Source: Verrucomicrobiia bacterium
Lineage (GTDB): Bacteria; Verrucomicrobiota; Verrucomicrobiia; Limisphaerales; UBA1319
Direction of reading: 5' to 3'
Assembly (NCBI GenBank): GCA_963664225.1
Contig: OY760937.1
Location: 3,264,001 to 3,328,000 of the forward strand
DNA: 64,000 nucleotides
The notes beneath the pieces were generated by a model. It was not told the DNA's origin, did not search any database, and worked only from the letters and a program-made list of their open reading frames with translations. Positions 58,614 through 64,000 of the stretch are shown here, piece by piece. The position numbers and the translations under genes were made by a program. How positions within the stretch are numbered: the stretch's first letter is position 1; every line of letters begins with the position of its first letter.

Positions 58614-59359
58614 GGTGATTTCGGAGTTGAAAGTCGCGGGCATGCGGATGATTTGCCCAGGCACAGGGTTTTGCGGTTCGACACGCGGAGGGGGCCTTGT
58701 GAACACAGGGCTGACCGAGCCCTTCCATTCTCATTTTTACTCTGGCGCAGAACCGGCACATGATAGAACACAATTTGAAACCGTCCAAGGCGCAGCCAGT
58801 CGCACCCCTAAAATCCGGCCACTCCCCCCGCGGGCACTTCAACATTCCAGTGACTGCGGTTATTGGCGTCTCAGGTGTTATAGCATCACGAACGCCTTCA
58901 GACATGCAAGCACGAAAGTCCAAAAAACCAGCTTTTGTAATGAATCTTTCCTGTGCCAAGATATGCCAAGAATTGGCCAATGGACGTGGAGTCATCCACG
59001 GATCAACATGGTAGTCTGACGCTGACAGCACATCATGTATTCTGACCCATCCATATTGGATTCAGGGCGGAAGAACCCGTTTATCGGGGGTTCAAAGGGG
59101 CGGCGGCATGCCATAACACGGGTCGGGGTCCGCAATGCGGTCCGGGCCGAACGGGAGGAGCGGGGTGAAGGACCCCGGTTTCTCGGGCGACATTCCAAGG
59201 GTATAAGTCATTTGAGTGGAACGTATTGCAACTATTTAAACTTTAGGCTTGGCAGGGTGGCAATGGGCATTAGAGAATATGATTCCGAAGCCCTGTTAAT
59301 AGCTTTTTTTAGTAACATTAAACAAAATTGTTTGCAGTCAATTAAGTAAAGGAATCACA

Positions 59360-62134
59360 ATGTCATCGGTACCCTTGTTTTCTCGTCCCGCGACCCTCCC
59401 CGGCGCTGGTGTGGCGGATCCAGCCCACGATGTGCTCCGCGGCGACCAACGCGGACCTCTGGATTGCATATTCTCCCCTAAAAATGTCGCCGTGATTGGC
59501 GCCACCGAAAAACCCGGCAGCGTGGGGCGCACGGTGCTGTGGAACCTCATGAGCACGCCGTTTGGCGGCGCGGTGTTCCCGGTCAACCCCACCCGGCCCA
59601 GCGTTCTTGGCATCAAGGCCTACAACAAAATTTCCGCAATCCCCGAGAAGGTGGATCTGGCGGTCATCACGACCCCTGCGGCCACCGTCCCGGGCATCAT
59701 CGCCGAGTGCGTTGAAGCGGGGATCAAGGGCGCGGTCATCATTTCCGCCGGGTTCAAGGAAACAGGGCCGGCCGGTGTGGAATTGGAGCGGCAGATCCTG
59801 GAGCATGCGCGCCGGGGTAACATGCGGATCATCGGCCCGAACTGTCTGGGCGTAATGAACCCGATCAGCGGCGTCAACGCGACCTTCGCCTCCACAATGG
59901 CGCGTCGCGGCAATGTCGCGTTTCTGAGCCAGAGCGGCGCGTTGTGCACTGCGGTGCTGGATTGGAGCTTGCGCGAAATGGTCGGTTTCAGCGCGTTCAT
60001 GTCCATCGGCTCGATGCTGGATGTGGGCTGGGGCGATTTGATCAGCTACTTGGGCAACGATCCCCATACCAAGAGCATTGTGATTTACATGGAAACGATC
60101 GGCGACGCCCGGTCGTTCCTGTCTGCCGCCCGCGAGGTGGCGCTGACCAAGCCGATCATTGTGATCAAGCCGGGCCGGACCGAGGGCGCCGCGCGCGCCG
60201 CCGCGTCCCACACCGGTTCACTGACCGGGAGCGATGACGTGCTGGAAGCGGCGTTCAAGCGTTGCGGAGTGCTGCGCGTGAACAATATTTCCGACCTGTT
60301 CTACATGGCTGAAGTGCTGGCCAAGCAACCGCGCTGCAAAGGCAACCGGCTGACGATGATCACCAACGCCGGCGGTCCCGGCGTGCTGGCCACGGACGCC
60401 CTGATTTCCAATGGCGGGCAACTGGCCGACATCTCCAAGGAGACCATCGAGGCGTTGAACAAGATCCTGCCCGGCGCCTGGAGCCATAACAACCCGATCG
60501 ACGTGCTGGGAGATGCGGGCGCGGATACCTACGCCAAGACGCTGGAAATCGCGGGTCGCGATCCCAACAGCGATGGTTTGCTGGTAATTTTGACGCCGCA
60601 GGCGATGACCGATGCGACGGCGACGGCGGAGAAACTCAAGGCCTTCGGCAAGATTGAAGGCAAGCCGGTGCTGGCCAGTTGGATGGGCGGCAACGATGTG
60701 GCCGCGGGCGAGGCGATCCTCAACCGTGCGGACATTCCGACATTCCCTTATCCGGACACCGCCGCGCGTGTCTTCGACGCCATGTGGCGTTACAGCGACA
60801 ATTTGCGGGCCCTGTATGAGACGCCTGAGTCTGCGGCGGACGTCGCGGAAACAGTCGTTGGCCGGGCCAAGGCCAAGGCCATCATCGACCAGGTGCGCAA
60901 GGAAGGCCGGACGATCCTGACCGAGTTCGAGTCCAAGGAATTGCTCAAGACCTACGGGATTCCGACCGTGATCACCGAAGTCGCCAAGAGCGATGCGGAA
61001 GCGGTGAAACTGGCGAACGAGATTGGCTATCCCTCGGTGTTGAAGCTTTTCTCGGAAACCATCACGCACAAGACGGATGTGGGCGGCGTGCTGTTGAACC
61101 TCAAGAATGCCGAGGAAGTCAAGAACGGGTTCAACCAGATCAAGGAATCGGTGACCAAGAAGGTGGGCGCCCAGCATTTCCAGGGTGTGACGGTCCAGAA
61201 AATGATCAAGCTCGGTGACGGTTACGAGATCATCCTGGGCAGCAGCATCGATCCGCAGTTTGGGCCGGTACTCCTGTTCGGCATGGGCGGGCAACTGGTG
61301 GAAATCTTCAAGGACAAGGCGCTGGGCCTGCCTCCGTTGAATACCACGCTGGCGCGCCGCATGATCGAGCAGACGAAGATCTTCACCGCTCTCAAGGGTG
61401 TTCGCGGACGCGGTTCCGTGGATATCAAGGCGCTGGAGAATTTGATGGTCGGGTTCAGCCAGTTGGTGGCCGAGCAGACCTACATCAAGGAAATCGACAT
61501 CAACCCGTTGTTCGCCTCGGCGGACGACCTGGTGGCGCTGGATGCGCGCGTGATTCTGCATGAGGCCTCCGTGACGGAAGACAAGCTGCCGAAGCTGGCG
61601 ATCCGTCCGTACCCCACGCAGTACGTCTCGAGCTCGAAGCTCAAGGATGGCACGCCGATCACGATCCGCCCGATTCGTCCCGAGGACGAGCCGATGCTGG
61701 TGAAATTCCACGAAGGACTCACGGATCGCAGCGTTTACATGCGCTACTTCCAGAAGCTGAACCTGAACGACCGCATTGCGCATGATCGCCTGATGCACAT
61801 CTGCTTCAACGACTACGATCGCGAAATCGCATTGGTGGCGGAGAAGAAAAATGGCGGCCAGAACGAGATTCTGGGCGTCGGCCGCATGAGCAAGGTCTTC
61901 GGTCGCAACAAGGGCGAATTCGCCATGGTCATCAGCGACAAGTATCAGAAGCAGGGCCTGGGCACGCAACTGGTGCAGAAGCTCACGCAGGTGGCTCGCA
62001 CCGAGAAGCTCAGTTCGCTGTCCGCCGACATGCTCTCCGAGAACGAAGAGATGAAGCACCTTTGCCAGAAGGCGGGATTCAAGGTGGAGGCCAAAGCCGG
62101 TTCTCCGCTGGTCCGTGCCGAACTGGCTTTGTAA
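59360..62134 (+). CDS. Acetate-CoA ligase (ADP-forming)-like / GNAT fusion (Pat/YfiQ family)
   Basis: [31 protein letters not shown]-terminal GNAT ([14 protein letters not shown]). Confidence 0.93.
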   Translation: MSSVPLFSRPATLPGAGVADPAHDVLRGDQRGPLDCIFSPKNVAVIGATEKPGSVGRTVLWNLMSTPFGGAVFPVNPTRPSVLGIKAYNKISAIPEKVDLAVITTPAATVPGIIAECVEAGIKGAVIISAGFKETGPAGVELERQILEHARRGNMRIIGPNCLGVMNPISGVNATFASTMARRGNVAFLSQSGALCTAVLDWSLREMVGFSAFMSIGSMLDVGWGDLISYLGNDPHTKSIVIYMETIGDARSFLSAAREVALTKPIIVIKPGRTEGAARAAASHTGSLTGSDDVLEAAFKRCGVLRVNNISDLFYMAEVLAKQPRCKGNRLTMITNAGGPGVLATDALISNGGQLADISKETIEALNKILPGAWSHNNPIDVLGDAGADTYAKTLEIAGRDPNSDGLLVILTPQAMTDATATAEKLKAFGKIEGKPVLASWMGGNDVAAGEAILNRADIPTFPYPDTAARVFDAMWRYSDNLRALYETPESAADVAETVVGRAKAKAIIDQVRKEGRTILTEFESKELLKTYGIPTVITEVAKSDAEAVKLANEIGYPSVLKLFSETITHKTDVGGVLLNLKNAEEVKNGFNQIKESVTKKVGAQHFQGVTVQKMIKLGDGYEIILGSSIDPQFGPVLLFGMGGQLVEIFKDKALGLPPLNTTLARRMIEQTKIFTALKGVRGRGSVDIKALENLMVGFSQLVAEQTYIKEIDINPLFASADDLVALDARVILHEASVTEDKLPKLAIRPYPTQYVSSSKLKDGTPITIRPIRPEDEPMLVKFHEGLTDRSVYMRYFQKLNLNDRIAHDRLMHICFNDYDREIALVAEKKNGGQNEILGVGRMSKVFGRNKGEFAMVISDKYQKQGLGTQLVQKLTQVARTEKLSSLSADMLSENEEMKHLCQKAGFKVEAKAGSPLVRAELAL

Positions 62135-62308
62135 GCCGTAAAAACAATGGGTCGCGCAAGCGGCCCTTAATCCGATGCTGATAGGAAAAAATTTATGATT
62201 CAGCGCCAAACCGCCAGGCGGCGTGTCAAGCCGCCTGGCGGGTAGCTAAAAGAACATCGCGTCGAAGAACCCCGGGGAGCGAGTATCCCTGGCGCCCCGG
62301 AGGTTCCC

Positions 62309-63037
62309 ATGAATGACTCGGTGCGCGCCACGCGTCCGGAATGGGACAGGACTCCCGGATTCGCTGAGGCGTTAAGTGTCCTCCCAGGCTGTGAAGGCCT
62401 GCGAAGCTGCATCCAGTGCGGCACCTGCTCGGGCGTCTGCCCGGTGGCGGCGCACATGGATTACTCCCCCCGCCAACTGATCGAACTGGCCCGGTCCGAC
62501 TTCAAAAACAGGGTCTTGAGCAGCCGTTCCATCTGGCTTTGCGCCTCCTGCTACGCCTGCACCACGGCCTGTCCCCGCGAGATTCGAATCACGGATATTC
62601 TTTACACCCTCAAGCAATGGGCCATTCGCGAGGAAGTGCATCCACGCCGATTCACCGTACCGGTGCTGGCGCGTGAATTTTCGAGCATGGTGCATGCGCG
62701 AGGGCGGGTGACGGAGAACTTTCTGGCTTCGCTGGTTTTCTTCAAAACGAACTGGCTGGCCGCCCTTGGGATGTGGCGGCTGGGGTTGGGCCTCCTGAAG
62801 CGGGGACGATTCCCGCTGAAATTGGAAGCCATCAAGGACCGGGAATCGTTGAGGCGGATGTTGGATACCGCCCATGCCATGGAGTTAAAGGCAGGCGAGT
62901 CCGCAACCGTGCGGCGGGAAGGAACGCCGGGTGAGGGCACCCGGCCTACAGTGGGGGAGCGCAAGGAGGGGACGCTGGGTAGGGGTAGCCGGCCGACAGG
63001 GGACAAATACACGCCTAAGGAGGATCACGAGTCATGA
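62309..63037 (+). CDS. hdrC: Heterodisulfide reductase subunit C-like
   Basis: CIQCGTCSGVCP and WLCASCYACTTACP. Confidence 0.9.
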   Translation: MNDSVRATRPEWDRTPGFAEALSVLPGCEGLRSCIQCGTCSGVCPVAAHMDYSPRQLIELARSDFKNRVLSSRSIWLCASCYACTTACPREIRITDILYTLKQWAIREEVHPRRFTVPVLAREFSSMVHARGRVTENFLASLVFFKTNWLAALGMWRLGLGLLKRGRFPLKLEAIKDRESLRRMLDTAHAMELKAGESATVRREGTPGEGTRPTVGERKEGTLGRGSRPTGDKYTPKEDHES

Positions 63038-63960
63038 AAATCTCCTATTTTCCCGGTTGTTCGCTGAAAGGCACCGGCCGTGCTTACGAGGAGTCGCTCA
63101 TTCCGGTGCTCAGGATTCTGGGCGTCGAGTTGGAGGAATTGGAGGACTGGAACTGCTGCGGCGCCACGGCCTACCTGGCAGTGGATGAAATGAAGGCGTG
63201 CGTTCTGGCCGCGCGCAACCTGGCCCTGGCGGAGAAGGTCGGCGCGGAATCGCTGCTGGCCCCTTGCAGCGCCTGCTATCTGGGATTGAACAAAACGCAG
63301 CATTATTTGCGCGAGGTGCCCTCCATCGAAAAGGTGACGCGGGCCGCCCTCAAGGACGCCGGCTTGAGCTTCCACGATAATCTACGCGTGATTCATCCGC
63401 TGGACCTGATCGTCAACACCCTCGGTTTGGAGGCGGTCAAGAAATGTGTGCGCCAGCCGCTGACACAGGTGAAAGTCGCGCCCTACTACGGGTGCCAGAT
63501 TGTCCGGCCTTACTCGACTTTTGACGACGCGTACGATCCGACGACAATGGACCGGTTGCTGGAGGCGCTGGGCGCCACGGTGGTGCATTATCCGCTCAAG
63601 ACGCGGTGTTGCGGCAGCAGCCTGACGGGCGTTCTGCCGGAGGCGGGACTGGACTGCGCGCGCCTGCTGCTGGAAGAGGCGCTGCGGCGCGGGGCCAACG
63701 TAATCTCGACGGTCTGTCCGCTCTGCCAGTTCAACTTGGACGGATATCACCATCAAATCACAGCGCAGTGGGGGCCGTCGAAAATTCCCACGGTCTATTT
63801 CACACAACTAATGGGGCTGGCCTTTGGGCTGGGTCCGAAGCAATTGGGGCTGCACCGGGGATTCATTCCCATGCAGGAAACGCCCGCGGCGACGGGATTA
63901 CCGGGCGAGAGCACAGCCCGCGAGGAAGCCCATAAGGAAGCCCATGAACTCCGATCCTAA
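63034..63960 (+). CDS. hdrB: Heterodisulfide reductase subunit B-like
   Basis: YFPGCS, WNCCG, CSAC, YYGCQ, RCCG, CPLCQFNLD. Confidence 0.93.
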   Translation: MKISYFPGCSLKGTGRAYEESLIPVLRILGVELEELEDWNCCGATAYLAVDEMKACVLAARNLALAEKVGAESLLAPCSACYLGLNKTQHYLREVPSIEKVTRAALKDAGLSFHDNLRVIHPLDLIVNTLGLEAVKKCVRQPLTQVKVAPYYGCQIVRPYSTFDDAYDPTTMDRLLEALGATVVHYPLKTRCCGSSLTGVLPEAGLDCARLLLEEALRRGANVISTVCPLCQFNLDGYHHQITAQWGPSKIPTVYFTQLMGLAFGLGPKQLGLHRGFIPMQETPAATGLPGESTAREEAHKEAHELRS

Positions 63961-64000
63961 CGCATTGCGCATTGGATTTTACGTGTGCCATTGCGGCCAC
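63944..64000 (+). CDS. hdrA: HdrA-like subunit, N-terminus only (truncated by the window)
   Basis: MNSDPNALRIGFYVCHCGH matches the HdrA RIGVYVCHCG start. Confidence 0.8.
   Translation, partial: MNSDPNALRIGFYVCHCGH

Noticed and set aside
58985..59000. Palindrome cgtgga-gtca-tccacg as an operator
   Set aside because: Single short occurrence with no second copy or candidate regulator nearby.
60218..62209. 663-aa minus-strand ORF (also 9485-11251, 12629-14371, 2096-3763)
   Set aside because: Antisense shadows of clearly identified genes.
1..64000. tRNA, rRNA, prophage or integrase genes
   Set aside because: None recognised by eye; tRNAscan, Rfam and HMM searches were not run.

Overview
Chromosomal 64-kb window from a GC-rich bacterium, probably Verrucomicrobiota subdivision 3 (inferred from gene style: prepilin/H-X9-DG protein, 'RFYR'-ended surface modules, dense REP-like repeats). 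Core genes: clpPX, mreBCD-mrdA-rodA-rng, panB, pit/DUF47, ferritin, msrA, pgi, kdgK, two signalling kinases, an ECF sigma/anti-sigma pair, an acetate-CoA ligase/GNAT fusion and the start of an hdrCBA operon. The intergenic DNA is the unusual part. (i) Two tandem arrays of one 85-bp double-hairpin unit (18 and 9 copies) end in a shared ~70-80-bp tail; the larger lies directly upstream of a stand-alone SIR2-TPR gene. (ii) A Y1 (IS200/RAYT-like) transposase has palindromic ends that recur elsewhere without the gene. (iii) A modular composite repeat brackets nearly every gene between 33.7 and 43.5 kb, and one copy appears to be interrupted by integron-like cassettes with decayed attC sites; no integrase is present in the window. 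(iv) A ~1-kb AT-richer insert is flanked by a duplicated terminator at the rng 3' end. No rRNA, tRNA or CRISPR array was seen. All calls are by eye; no database searches were run.
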